A program made the translations under genes and the position numbers. From an uncultured Acidobacteriota bacterium (GTDB lineage Bacteria; Acidobacteriota; UBA6911), in the NCBI GenBank assembly GCA_963809485.1, contig CAWEJX010000007.1:288001-352000 (forward strand): a stretch of DNA of 64,000 nucleotides, given 5' to 3'. Shown here in pieces: positions 1 to 10,389 of the stretch. The first letter of the stretch is position 1; the number at the start of each line of letters is the position of its first letter. Below the pieces are notes generated by a model, which was not told the origin of the DNA, did no database searches, and saw only the letters and a program-made list of their open reading frames with translations.

Positions 1-2
1 CC

Positions 3-1487
3 ATGGCCAGCTCCAGGCGCGGCCTGGAAGAAGTGAAGCGCTGGATCAAAGAGCTTGACTCCGAGACGGGCAGAAACATACAGACGTATGTATACGTGGT
101 TGAAAATTCGACGGCGTCCAACATCGCCATGATGCTGGCCGCTCTATATGGCGGAGATGAATCCGCCGGCGCCTCTTCCGGACAAACGGGCACTACCTAT
201 GGTGGGGGAGGCGCGTTCGGCCGGTCCCAGGCCGGAGAAACACAAACCGGCGCCCTGGGAAGCGGAACCACGGCGAGCGGCTCCTCCAATCTGGGAAGAG
301 CTGCTTCGAGCCCGTTCGGCGGCTCCTCCACTTTTCAAAGCGGCGGGTCCTCCATGGGCGGATCCCAGTCCGGATACCAGGGCGGGTATTCCGGCGGATA
401 TCAGGGGGGCGGCTGGTTCGGCGGCGGACAGCAGCTCGGTCCCCGGCTCACCTCCGCCCCGTCCATCACGTCCCAAATCCTGCGCGGCGGCGTGTTCACA
501 GGCCTGCAGGACACGGTGAGGCTGGTAGTGGATGATGTGAACAACTCGCTCATAATCCAGGCCACGCAGGCGGATTATGCCTTCATACTGGAAACCATAA
601 AAAAGATGGACGTGATGCCCCGCCAGGTAATTATCGATGCGCGGATTTTTGCAGTCGACCTTACCGATGCGTTGAGCTTCGGAGTCAGCGGCGTACTCCA
701 GGGTATAACAACCGATCCGGTCAATCATATTACTAGTGCCAAGCTTGACGCCACGGGAGCTCTGGCCGTCGGCACTTTTGCCTTCGTCGGGGATTCGCGG
801 GAAATTCTTTTGAAAATAAACGCGTTGCGTGAAAAGACCAAAGTCAAAGTTCTCGAAGCGCCTTCCGTGCTGGCTCTGGATGGAACGGTGGCAAAAATCG
901 TGGTCGGTTCCGAAATCCCCTACCCCGGGTCAAGCTTCACCTCCAGCGAGGGCAGCACGACACAGAGCGTTCAATACCGGGATACCGGGATATCCCTCAT
1001 CGTCCAGCCCCGCATCTCCGCGTCGGGATCCGTAACTCTGAGCATCGCCCAGGAAGTCAGCAGCGCGGGTGCAGATACTTCATCCGGACCTTCGTTTAGA
1101 AAAAGCAGCGTGGAAACGGTTCTTTCCGTCAAAGATGGCGAGACCGTGGCCATAGCAGGATTGATAAGGGATTCCGATACGTTTGGAAGAGGCGGCATCC
1201 CGTTTTTATCCGATCTGCCAATATTGGGATTCCTCTTCGGCACAACTACCAAAACAGCCGACCGGAGCGAGCTGATCATATTGATTACGCCTCACGTGAT
1301 CCGGACACCCGAGAAATTCCAGGAAATGACCCAGGAGCTGAAAGACTCGCTGAGAAACGTGCGCAAGTACGCGGACGATAAGGAGAAGGAACACATCAAG
1401 GATATGGAGGACGCCCGCGAGGACAGGTATAAAGAAGAGCAGAAGCGGATGAAGCAGACGGAAGTTCCCGAACCCGAGAAGAAGTAA
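3..1487 (+). CDS. gspD: Type II secretion system secretin GspD, 5'-truncated by the window edge
   Basis: N-domain repeat (DDVNNSLIIQAT...IKKMDVMPRQVIIDARI) followed by the secretin core (EAPSVLALDG...IVVGSEIP, VQYRDTGISLIVQPRI, VKDGETVAIAGLI, GIPFLSDLPILGFLFG...RSELIILITPHVI); Gly/Ser-rich insertion in the N3 region. Confidence 0.93.
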   Translation: MASSRRGLEEVKRWIKELDSETGRNIQTYVYVVENSTASNIAMMLAALYGGDESAGASSGQTGTTYGGGGAFGRSQAGETQTGALGSGTTASGSSNLGRAASSPFGGSSTFQSGGSSMGGSQSGYQGGYSGGYQGGGWFGGGQQLGPRLTSAPSITSQILRGGVFTGLQDTVRLVVDDVNNSLIIQATQADYAFILETIKKMDVMPRQVIIDARIFAVDLTDALSFGVSGVLQGITTDPVNHITSAKLDATGALAVGTFAFVGDSREILLKINALREKTKVKVLEAPSVLALDGTVAKIVVGSEIPYPGSSFTSSEGSTTQSVQYRDTGISLIVQPRISASGSVTLSIAQEVSSAGADTSSGPSFRKSSVETVLSVKDGETVAIAGLIRDSDTFGRGGIPFLSDLPILGFLFGTTTKTADRSELIILITPHVIRTPEKFQEMTQELKDSLRNVRKYADDKEKEHIKDMEDAREDRYKEEQKRMKQTEVPEPEKK

Positions 1488-1491
1488 CGGA

Positions 1492-1516
1492 GAAAAGCCA
1501 CCTGCCGGCTTTTTTT
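1492..1516 (+). terminator. Probable intrinsic terminator after gspD
   Basis: AAAAGCC-acctgcc-GGCTTTT followed by a T run, right after the gspD stop and between convergent genes. Confidence 0.5.
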
Positions 1517-1529
1517 AACGTGCAAACGT

Positions 1530-4094
1530 TCAACGTTTGACTTCCAGGCTCTTCAAAAACATTTTGAGCTGCGGCTCAGTTGAGGCGCCAGCTCCGCAGC
1601 CTTCAGGGCGGTCTGCCTGGCCAGATCCATATTGCCCCAGTTCACGGTAGATTCGCTGCAAGACGGGACACAGCAGAACCTGGTCCGGAGACATCTGAAG
1701 TTGCTCCTGATAGAGAGCAACTACCGGCGCAAATTGCCTTCTCGAAACATAAATCCCTATGACCTTGTCGTAGTCTGATTTGTCCGGCGGATGGCGATGG
1801 AGCGTTCTTATTGTCTGCCATTCGTTTTCCGCATCCCTCAATCGCCCGGCAGCGACGTACGCTTCGATCAGGCTGATGCGCGATTCGCTGTCTTTCGGAT
1901 CAAGCTGCGAGGCTTCTGCAGCACCGGATACGGCCTCATCAAAGCGCGCCAGGCGCCAATAGCAAATAGGCGCGTTCCAGGAAAAGCCGGGGCCGGTTCG
2001 GGCCCAGGCTCTCCGCTTCCGCAGACAGGATAAACTCTTCTCGGCCAAGAACGCGCCAGACCCGCATCGGATTGCTCGAGCACCCTGAATGTGCTGTTTG
2101 CCAGACTTGAGGCATACATGTAGTGACGCGCATCCGAAGGGTCTTCGGATATTGATTTCTCCAGCAATGCTCACGCCCTTTTCGCCACCTGGGCTCTTTC
2201 TCCAGCGGGAACTTGTCGGCCACCGGCGAGTCGATTGCATAATTGGCAAACTCTTCTCTCACCTGGTATCGCCTGTTGTCGCATGCTCGTCGGCCTGCGG
2301 AAATCTTCAACGGCTGCCTTCGCTATAGACGTAGCGGGAAGCCTGGCGAGCCGGGCTGCACGGCCTTTTCCATCGTCTTCCGCCCGCATCAGGAGTCGAT
2401 TTGAATCTGCAGGTCTCTTCACCGTATAGCAGTATCCGCAGACAAGGATTCCCGCCAATGCGGCAAGCCCCAGCCAGCCCCTCCATGAAATCGCGGATTG
2501 TGCCGAGTCAGGATTACCGCGGCTTCCGCCGGAATCGCATCGGATCTGGCGCAGAGCCAGGCCGCATATGCCAGCGACCATAAAGACGACGCCGTCCGTG
2601 TTCACGGTGTCAAAGGAAAACAGATTCTGCACAAGATATGCCGTCAGCAAGCCGGCGATGGTCAGCGAATCGGAAACATTGCCGTTTCTGCGCCAGCGGC
2701 CGAGCAAACATGCAAAAATCGCGGCGTAGAAACCAAGATATGCGGCCAGTCCCAGGAATCCTGTTGTGGTGCCGATGTCCAGTATTATGTTGTGGGCGCG
2801 ATCAAACCAGTTTTCCGCGGTCGGGCCTCTGAAAAGACGGGCGGGAGCGTGCAGGTCAAAAGCATTGCGATAGTGTTCCGGACCCCACCCGAAAATGGGG
2901 TGGTCCAGGATGCCCCCTATGCCGGCCTTCCAGGCCATGAAACGGTTCTCCTCGAGAGAAGTCGCGGTCAGGCGTGCCAGGAGCGGATTGGCCTTAACCC
3001 ATTCGGCGTTTCTAAAGCTGAGGAGGGCAAGCGGAGAAACGACAAACAGCAAAAGCAGCAGGGCCGCGGCCCACCTCCATTCTCTTCCCGGCGCCTTTCC
3101 AGAGATAGAGGGCCGACATGAAGATAAAGGAGCCTGCCAGGCCGGCCACGGCTGCGCGCGTCTGGCTCAGATTCATCCAGAACAAATAATAGAGAGCCAG
3201 GGCCCCGAAAAAAGCCACACCCGCCCATGCGCTGCTCCGCATGGCAAACCAGAGCAAAGTGAGGCCGTGAAGTACAAAGGCGAAAATGGCTATGGGGAAA
3301 TAATCCAGCCCTGCCGAGAGGATCCGGCCTCCGGATGCGATGTCCCAAACCGCAAGAATGACGTCCGCGGTTATCAGCAGGAGCAGCCATACTTTTGCCG
3401 CGAAAGCGTAAATTTTTTTTCTGTCATTCCGCGTCAGAAAATAGAAGGCGAGGAAAAAATTGAGCAGCATGTGCGCGGCAAAAAAGTTCGGGTTCCCGGT
3501 CGCCCCCTCCACACGGATTTTGTCCGGGGAGAATCGATACAGGAAATCCAGGTGCATGTACTGGATAAGCCCCGTAAGCCCCATGAAGACGCCGGACAGA
3601 AGCGATGCGGTAAAAAGGATCAGCCACTCCCGCTCCTGTCTGAGCGATTGACTCAAGACAAAGAAATAGGCCAGCAGGTACAGCTGCGCGAACATGCCGC
3701 CCATCCTGTTGAAATCGCCCCACCAGCTGTCCCAGGCGCCGCTGCTGACGCCCGGGAGCGAACTGATCAGTGTGACGCCAAAATAAACCAGCAACGCACC
3801 GGTGACCCTGTGCAGCCGCGGCCGGTGCTGCGGCGAAATCAGAGCCAGAATCCCGTAAAGGAGCGCCATCGCCTGGACGGCGACGCGGAACAGGAGGCTC
3901 TTCAGGAAAACGAATGGATAATAAAAATCATAGTTCACCACCAGCGGCAGGAATAAAACAAAGCAGCCCAAAATGAGGATCGTGCATGTGAGATATTTTT
4001 GCCAGCGAATCGCCGCCGGCGCGCCGGGAGATTTTGCAATGGCTTTTGGAGCGTCTTGCCTGAGCTTCTGTGTACGCGATTTGTGTTTGGCCAT
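1530..4094 (-). CDS. O-antigen ligase (Wzy_C) / O-oligosaccharyltransferase family membrane protein with C-terminal TPR region; split by several indels
   Basis: ORF pieces 3012..4145, 2171..3052, 1939..2310, 1868..2167 and 1530..2249 join into a multi-TM protein with GATGNPNFFAAH, LSQTRAAV and Wzy_C motifs NRFMAWKAG...HPIFGWGPEHY...FDRAHNIILD; TPR-like C-terminus (EASQLDPKDSESRISLIEAY); start taken at ATG 4094. Confidence 0.8.
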
Positions 4095-4312
4095 GGGCGC
4101 TATTCTAAACCAGCCTCCCGAACGCACAAAGCCCGGATCAAACACCTGGGTTGATTCCTAGCCTCTGCGCGAGTTTTTTCAACTGCGGCTTCCCGAGCCT
4201 GGCAATTCGTGTCCTTTTTGTTATTGCAGTGAGCGGGCTCACAATTGAATTAACCTCCCGGAATGACTATATTAAATGAAAAGCCATATCGTCTTTTGGA
4301 GGCCACCGAACA

Positions 4313-6670
4313 ATGTTTAACAAAAAGGCGGGACTATTTGTCACAGTGCTGCTCCTGTCGATTTTCGGCGCAGCGCCGGGATTTACCCAGGCGCTATTCA
4401 CCGTGGGGAGTTCGTCGGCTACGGCGGCGGACATCGGCCATACCGAGTTGACGGGATCGCTGACACTGACGGTGGTTGCCGGTTTCACGAATGCTTCATC
4501 CATCCTTGCATCGTACTCCGCGCCCATCACCAATAACTCAGCCGCCGATATTTCAGTCAGCGGTACAGGCGGCCTGTCCGGCATCGATCCAAGCCCGGTA
4601 TTCGAACCGGCCCAAAATGCCATCATCCTAAATGTCCCCGCCGGGGGAACGATTGGAGACCGGATATTGGTTTCCGGAGTCCGCGTGGCAATCGCCGGCC
4701 TTGACGTGCACCAGGTAACGGCAACACTCACCTCCCCGACCGCGGGAGGCAACTCCATCACTGCCGGAGAGCGAATCCCGATCGTGGTCCATGCCGTATC
4801 TCAACCTTTTATTGCGGAGGAAACCACCGATCCGCTCTCCTACGAAAACGGCTCGGTGATCAACTCCTCCGCATCGCTGGTGATCGCCGAAGGATTCGCC
4901 ACTGCCTTCAGCGGCAACACGGGCTTTGGGGGGCAGACGGTCGCCTCCCGGATACGCATTACGCCCTTCAGGGAAATTCCGGAAGGAGTTCAGCTGACCT
5001 TCAATGCGGTCGTCCTGTCGATGAACAGCGGGGCGACGCTCACAACTCTTTCGGGAGCGCCCGAAACGATACCGCGCGGTGACGGCTCAACGGATGTCTT
5101 TTATGAATTTAATCCCGCCACGGGCAGCGATGCCGTCAATGATTCTTTCCAGATCAACGTGACCCTGGCCCTGCTGCCCTCCGCCACATCGGGGACCATC
5201 CGGTTCCAGGCTGCGCTGGTTCCCATCGGCACAGCCGTTCCGGATGCGCAATTTCCTTCCACGGATATTCCCCGCTACGAAGAACGGCTGCTGCCGGATG
5301 AGTCTGAATTGGTCGGCGGTTTTGCCGAGCTTTCCATGCCATTCCGCATGGAAAGCGACGGCACATATACGGGGATAGCATTGACGAACCCGATCAATCT
5401 AAGGGTCAAAGCAACCCTGACGGCCTATGACGACCATGGGAATATGCTTTCCGGCAGCAATATCACCAATCCGGTCACCATTATCCTGCCGAGAAAAGGC
5501 CAGTACGCCCGGCTTGCTTCTGAAGTCTTCGGTGAGGGATTTAACGCCTACTCGGCGGGCACAATCCGCGTTACAGGAAGCACCCCGGAGCTCCCGGGCT
5601 TCTATCTGATCGGAGACGTATCCGGGCCTCATCTCGACGGCGGCACCGCCAACATCGAGGCGGCAAAATTCTGGTACATACCCCTGATTTTCCGCCAGGG
5701 CGAATCTCCCTTCAATCTGCTGGAACTGTTTAATCCCGGGGACTCGGAAGCAACTGTCACTCTCCGGCTGAGGGATTCGCAGGGAAGTCAGGCAGCAGCA
5801 GTCACGCGAAAAATGGCGCCAAACAGCTCGTTTGTGCAGGATGTCCGCGATGTATTCGACATTGATTTCGGCGCCTTCAGCGGCGGCCACATAAAGGGAG
5901 AATCCGATGAGGCGGTCGTAGCCCGCAGCACGTTCGGAAATACGCTCGAGTCCAATACACTGGCAGCCCAGGTGCAGGCTTCCCTGCAATCCTATCACGT
6001 CCCCCATTTCGCTACGGGAGGACAGTACTCGACCGAACTGACCATCGTGAATACCCATGGCACCAGGAAAGCGGAGATTGCTCTGACACTGCTGGACGAC
6101 GCCGGCCAGCCCATATCGATCGGCGGGAATCCGGCCAATATTGAAATACTCCCGGGCGCTCAATTCAGCGGGACGCTTGCGGAGCTCTTCCCTGAACTTG
6201 GCCCGGACCTGGTAACCGGGTCAATACGTGCGGATGTAAAAGGCATCCTCTTTGGCCCGTTTATATCCGTTCCAAGCCTGGCCGGCTCTGTCCGGTTCCT
6301 GGCAAGCGACGGATCTGCCTCGGCCGCGATTCCGTTTTTCCTCAAGCTATCCGAAGATTTCGTATACTCGCACGTGGCAGAGGGCCAGGGGTGGTTTACC
6401 GGCGTGGCCGTGCTCAACCCGAACAGAGTTCAGAACAACCTGATTTTGGAGGTATATGACAGGGAAGGCGGGCTCATTGGGTCCTTTACATCCTTGCTTC
6501 AGCCCGGGGAACGATTTTCCAAGCTGATCCATGAGCTTGTCTCGGATGCGGCGGGTCAAACAGGCGGATACATCAGGATCACCAGCGACAAGCCGCTGGC
6601 AAGCTTCGCCCTGTTCGGGACCGATGACCTGCGTTCTCTGAGCGCGATACCGCCGCAGGGCTTGCCCTGA
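4313..6670 (+). CDS. Exported 785-aa S-layer-like protein: N-terminal domain paralogous to 8013..9449 plus four tandem ~110-aa beta-rich repeats
   Basis: Sec signal peptide; T/S/G/V-rich; four repeats of the pattern (P/S)xx...TG(I/V)A(L/V)xNP...(T/L)L(T/E)xxD.xG; GGAGG upstream. Confidence 0.6.
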   Translation: MFNKKAGLFVTVLLLSIFGAAPGFTQALFTVGSSSATAADIGHTELTGSLTLTVVAGFTNASSILASYSAPITNNSAADISVSGTGGLSGIDPSPVFEPAQNAIILNVPAGGTIGDRILVSGVRVAIAGLDVHQVTATLTSPTAGGNSITAGERIPIVVHAVSQPFIAEETTDPLSYENGSVINSSASLVIAEGFATAFSGNTGFGGQTVASRIRITPFREIPEGVQLTFNAVVLSMNSGATLTTLSGAPETIPRGDGSTDVFYEFNPATGSDAVNDSFQINVTLALLPSATSGTIRFQAALVPIGTAVPDAQFPSTDIPRYEERLLPDESELVGGFAELSMPFRMESDGTYTGIALTNPINLRVKATLTAYDDHGNMLSGSNITNPVTIILPRKGQYARLASEVFGEGFNAYSAGTIRVTGSTPELPGFYLIGDVSGPHLDGGTANIEAAKFWYIPLIFRQGESPFNLLELFNPGDSEATVTLRLRDSQGSQAAAVTRKMAPNSSFVQDVRDVFDIDFGAFSGGHIKGESDEAVVARSTFGNTLESNTLAAQVQASLQSYHVPHFATGGQYSTELTIVNTHGTRKAEIALTLLDDAGQPISIGGNPANIEILPGAQFSGTLAELFPELGPDLVTGSIRADVKGILFGPFISVPSLAGSVRFLASDGSASAAIPFFLKLSEDFVYSHVAEGQGWFTGVAVLNPNRVQNNLILEVYDREGGLIGSFTSLLQPGERFSKLIHELVSDAAGQTGGYIRITSDKPLASFALFGTDDLRSLSAIPPQGLP

Positions 6671-6726
6671 AAAGCTGCACGCGGAGACGCGGAGTTCGCG
6701 GATGGAAAAAATGCTGACTCCGAGGG

Positions 6727-7905
6727 CTATCGGTCGGGCAGGTCGATTTTGTTTTTGCGGATCAGCTCCTGAAGCTCTCTGTTTTTGGCGGGATCCATGC
6801 TGCTGTCCATTTTCGTCTTGACTGGATTCACCAGGATGCCGACAACGACGCTCGGCATCCCGTCGACCGGCTGCCCGAAGCCGATCGTCACGGAATCCCG
6901 CGTATTTGGCGAAGCCGTATCGATGCCGGCAAGAGCATTGACTTTCACCTGGAGCTGCCCACCGGCGGGAATGGTGGCCGGCAGCTGCTCGATGGAAAAC
7001 CTGCCGGTTGCGCTGTAAAAGTCCTTCAACACGAGTTCCGACTTTGAGTTGTTTCGAACCAGGACTGCCTTCTCGCGATCGCCCTTCGCAAACTGCAGGC
7101 TTTTCGGAACAACCGAAACCGGCACATATACATTTCCCTGCACCACGATTTCAAAAGGAACTACCGCGCCCTTCCGCTGTGCGACCAGAACCACCTTTTC
7201 TTTGACTGCACCCTCATAGTTGTAGACCGGTACATCAATGATCAGATCCCGTTGTCCGGGCTGAAGAAATGCTCCTTTTATACCTTTGACAACAAAGCCG
7301 GGCGCTGAATTCTTCAGCGTGACAAAGAGCGGCTCGGTTCCTGCAAGAGAGTACTTGACGCTGAGCGGGACAACGGCCCGGCCGCGCACCGTGCCGAAAT
7401 CGAGGACGGTTTTTTCCAGATGCAACGCCTCCCGAACTTCTTTTTCCAAATCGGCGTTTTTCTGGGCGTTCGCCTGCTTGGGCGAAGAAGCCTGAATTGG
7501 AATGGGCGTTTCCTTGAAGTCCCGATACCAGTTGCCATTCTGATAGCGCCAGGTATCCGTCACAGGCCAGTCCATCGCTCGAGCGACGGGCGGCACCGTG
7601 CGCTTGACGATGACGATTGCCTTCGCCTCAGTCCTGTCGGCGGAAAACTCCAGCGATTTTAGACGCGGATCTTTGAAGGCAGGGATAGTCCCGGCGCCGA
7701 AAGCCTCCCGATCACCAGGAGCGATAAATTCGGCGGCCTGCAACTTCTTTCGCTGCGACAGGAGGTTCCAATAGCTGTCGATTCGCGTCACCAGGAGATC
7801 CAGCGACGGACGGACGGGAGAAGCATCGGGCTCTGCCGTCTGCGCCGGTGAAGGAATTGAGAAACACAGCAAAATAGCAAAAGCAAATACTCTCGATAGC
7901 ATCAT
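6727..7905 (-). CDS. Exported hypothetical protein with an NTF2-like N-terminal segment and two Ig-like (DUF1573/PapD-like) domains
   Basis: Signal peptide; LDFGTV, VPKSLQF...VRNNSKSEL and PATIPAGGQLQVKV patterns typical of Ig-fold ASH/DUF1573-like domains. Confidence 0.5.
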   Translation of the reverse strand: MMLSRVFAFAILLCFSIPSPAQTAEPDASPVRPSLDLLVTRIDSYWNLLSQRKKLQAAEFIAPGDREAFGAGTIPAFKDPRLKSLEFSADRTEAKAIVIVKRTVPPVARAMDWPVTDTWRYQNGNWYRDFKETPIPIQASSPKQANAQKNADLEKEVREALHLEKTVLDFGTVRGRAVVPLSVKYSLAGTEPLFVTLKNSAPGFVVKGIKGAFLQPGQRDLIIDVPVYNYEGAVKEKVVLVAQRKGAVVPFEIVVQGNVYVPVSVVPKSLQFAKGDREKAVLVRNNSKSELVLKDFYSATGRFSIEQLPATIPAGGQLQVKVNALAGIDTASPNTRDSVTIGFGQPVDGMPSVVVGILVNPVKTKMDSSMDPAKNRELQELIRKNKIDLPDR

Positions 7906-7953
7906 TGCAAATTGCCCTTACGCTCGAAAGACCTCAAACATTCACAAAGGGGC

Positions 7954-7990
7954 AAAAAAAAGGAGCTAGCTTTTGGGGCTAGCTCCTTTT
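7954..7990 (-). terminator. Strong intrinsic terminator of the 478-aa surface protein gene
   Basis: Minus strand AAAAGGAGCTAGC-cccaaaa-GCTAGCTCC followed by T8, about 20 nt after the stop codon. Confidence 0.85.
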
Positions 7991-8012
7991 GACAGCCGTT
8001 GAACAACCTAAA

Positions 8013-9449
8013 CTAGTTGTCCAGCTTTTCTACTACCGGACGACCCGGAAGCTCGGTATCGATCACCAGCATCAGCGCGCCGTGCGTGAAATCGATAAAG
8101 TTGCTGACAAAGTATTCACCGTGAGCATTCGTGAAATTCGTCTTCACGAAAATGTATCCGGTGAAATCTGCCCAGCCAGTCTCAAGAAGCAATTCCGACA
8201 GCAGCACGGTATACATGCCGCCACTGGGAACTTTGCCGGCAGCGTTTAATCCCTGTCCGGGAGAGCCGGTTGTGGTGGTATAGGTGAACTGGTCACCTTC
8301 TCGCGAATAGAAATAGAAGGTGATCGCGCCATCCTGCGGGAATGTTTCCATACCCCCAGTAAAGCCCATGTCTTCAAGACCAGGATCCGTGGTGGTATTT
8401 GCTATGGCAATACCTGTGTCGTATCCTTCCCAATTCACGGCGTACGGCAGCAGCAGCATGGAGCTGCCGGACGAAATCTGTACCAGTGAATTCGCTGCAG
8501 TGAGAACGTCTGCCGCATAGCTCGGCCTTGTGCCATTGTAAATGCCTGTGGGTTCCACCTTGGCGAGCGTGGCTTTAACCGTAATCGTTCCGAGCTCTAC
8601 GGGGGTGGTAGCACAGATCTCAACAGGAACCTCCAAGGTTTCAATGGCCAGCGGGTTCGTGTCGGTGGTGACCATGTAGTAGATGTAAAGGTTGGTGCTG
8701 GAGTGGCCGAGGCTTGTGGGACCCGTAGCAACTCCGAACGCATCTACCTGGGTGAAGTTACCCGATGCTGCGGGGAAAGACAGCGTTATTCCGGACGGTG
8801 GCAGGGTGAACTCAAACCGAACCCTCGTGGCGGAATTCTGAGAAGCCTCGCTGGCTGCCGTTACGCCGAATGCATTGAGGTAGCCCTCTTCTGCCTCCAG
8901 GTAGGCTGTCCCGCAACCGCCGCCAAAGATGGCATTGAAGCTCACCGGATCCAAAACCTCAAACGAAGCGAGTCCGGGGGCAATCGAGTTGACCACCCGC
9001 ACGACAGTCTCACCAGCTGTGATCAAATTGTTGGTTGAGGAGATGTTCGCATCCAGTGTCTGCAATCCTGTGCCATATACCGATACTCTGATTCCGGTTA
9101 CACGGAAGGTGTAAGGCGCCGGTATCGCATGCATGATTCCCAGCACCAGCGTGTTTCCTGTGGATGAAAGCACCGAGACGTCGGTTGTCGGCACCGGTGT
9201 GCTGCCCTGGAAAACACCGCCGGGGTGGAAGGTGATGTTGGCACCGTAGTTGATCGAGATCGTGCCTGTTACAAGGTCAGGCGAATCAACTACTGTGGTA
9301 AATGATATGTCACCGGTTTTCTCGGACAGCCCGCTTCTGGTCACGGTCGTCACCGGGGTGCTGCCTACGGTGAATGTGGCCTGGGCGAATGCAGCCGCCG
9401 AGAGAGCCAGGAACATAACAGCTGCTATCAGAATGGTTTTTGTCTTCAT
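8013..9449 (-). CDS. Exported 478-aa putative major S-layer / surface protein
   Basis: Signal peptide ending AFA-Q; very Thr/Gly/Ser/Val-rich and acidic; AAAGGAG SD; own promoter and terminator; paralogous to 4313..6670. Confidence 0.55.
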   Translation of the reverse strand: MKTKTILIAAVMFLALSAAAFAQATFTVGSTPVTTVTRSGLSEKTGDISFTTVVDSPDLVTGTISINYGANITFHPGGVFQGSTPVPTTDVSVLSSTGNTLVLGIMHAIPAPYTFRVTGIRVSVYGTGLQTLDANISSTNNLITAGETVVRVVNSIAPGLASFEVLDPVSFNAIFGGGCGTAYLEAEEGYLNAFGVTAASEASQNSATRVRFEFTLPPSGITLSFPAASGNFTQVDAFGVATGPTSLGHSSTNLYIYYMVTTDTNPLAIETLEVPVEICATTPVELGTITVKATLAKVEPTGIYNGTRPSYAADVLTAANSLVQISSGSSMLLLPYAVNWEGYDTGIAIANTTTDPGLEDMGFTGGMETFPQDGAITFYFYSREGDQFTYTTTTGSPGQGLNAAGKVPSGGMYTVLLSELLLETGWADFTGYIFVKTNFTNAHGEYFVSNFIDFTHGALMLVIDTELPGRPVVEKLDN

Positions 9450-9615
9450 CTACAACTGCTCCTTTGCAAAGAGAGGTGAGGCGACGCGCCCCACAAGATT
9501 CAACTTTAAGCTTTCTACTAGAAATTGCACACCAACGACTGCAAGGACGCCGCTGATACCATCCATTGCCATGTCGGCCGGACTATGACCAGTCTGCCTG
9601 ACAGGAACGGCCAAC

Positions 9616-9645
9616 ACTTTAACCGACACAAGTCCTGCATGTCAA
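9616..9645 (-). promoter_or_regulatory. Sigma70-type promoter for the 478-aa gene, implying a ~160-nt 5' UTR
   Basis: Minus strand TTGACA (9645-9640), 18-nt spacer, TAAAGT (9621-9616). Confidence 0.6.
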
Positions 9646-9717
9646 GAGTTTTGCGGGGCTTCCCGCACGGATCTGCCGAACATGGCAACATACTGGGATA
9701 CAGATGCGCCACCCTGA

Positions 9718-9748
9718 AAAAAGTGGCTGGAAATCTTCGCCACTTTTT
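9718..9748. promoter_or_regulatory. Perfect 10-bp inverted repeat between divergent promoters (possible operator)
   Basis: AAAAAGTGGC-N11-GCCACTTTTT. Confidence 0.4.
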
Positions 9749-9787
9749 GAGGGGGTGGTCATCTATATGAGTGTATAATGCGGCCCG

Positions 9788-10378
9788 ATGAATCAACCGC
9801 CGGATAACCGCAGGCTGGTAATGGAAGCTCGAAACGGCAGTCAGGATGCCTTTAGAGCTATTTATGAATGTTATGGAGCACGCATTCATAACTTTCTTTA
9901 TCGGCTGCTGGGATCAAAAAGCGAAGCAGAAGATGCAACCCAGCAGACTTTTTTAATCGCGCTTCACCGGCTCGGGACGCTTCGGGATCCCAATTTGCTG
10001 GAATCCTGGATTTACCGTATCGCCCGGAACGAGGTTTATCAGAAGTTCCGGCAAAAAGAGGTTGATTCGCTGGATGATGACGGCTTGAAGCCTTTTGCGG
10101 AGAGAGCCCGCGACACGCGGTTGCACGGAGAACCCGAGAAGGCTCTCCTGAATGAAGAGTTGGGCGAGGCCTTACAGTCCGCCCTGAACAGTTTGCCCCT
10201 GAAAATGCGCGAAGTTTTCATTCTGGCGGTCATTGATGAGATGAGTTACCAGGAAATCAGCGGGATCGTGGGGCGGTCGCTGCTTTCGGTGAAAACCGAT
10301 ATCTATCGCGCACGGATGATGGCTAAGGAAAAACTGAGCCGCTATACGGTAATGAGCCGGAAGATAGTGGCAACCTAG
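9788..10378 (+). CDS. ECF RNA polymerase sigma factor (RpoE/SigW-like)
   Basis: Region 2 (AEDATQQTF...SWIYRIARN) and region 4 (LPLKMREVFILAVIDEMSYQEISGIVG...VKTDIYRAR); TATAAT at 9774-9779, 8 nt before the ATG, suggests a leaderless transcript. Confidence 0.92.
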   Translation: MNQPPDNRRLVMEARNGSQDAFRAIYECYGARIHNFLYRLLGSKSEAEDATQQTFLIALHRLGTLRDPNLLESWIYRIARNEVYQKFRQKEVDSLDDDGLKPFAERARDTRLHGEPEKALLNEELGEALQSALNSLPLKMREVFILAVIDEMSYQEISGIVGRSLLSVKTDIYRARMMAKEKLSRYTVMSRKIVAT

Positions 10379-10389
10379 AGCAAAGCATC

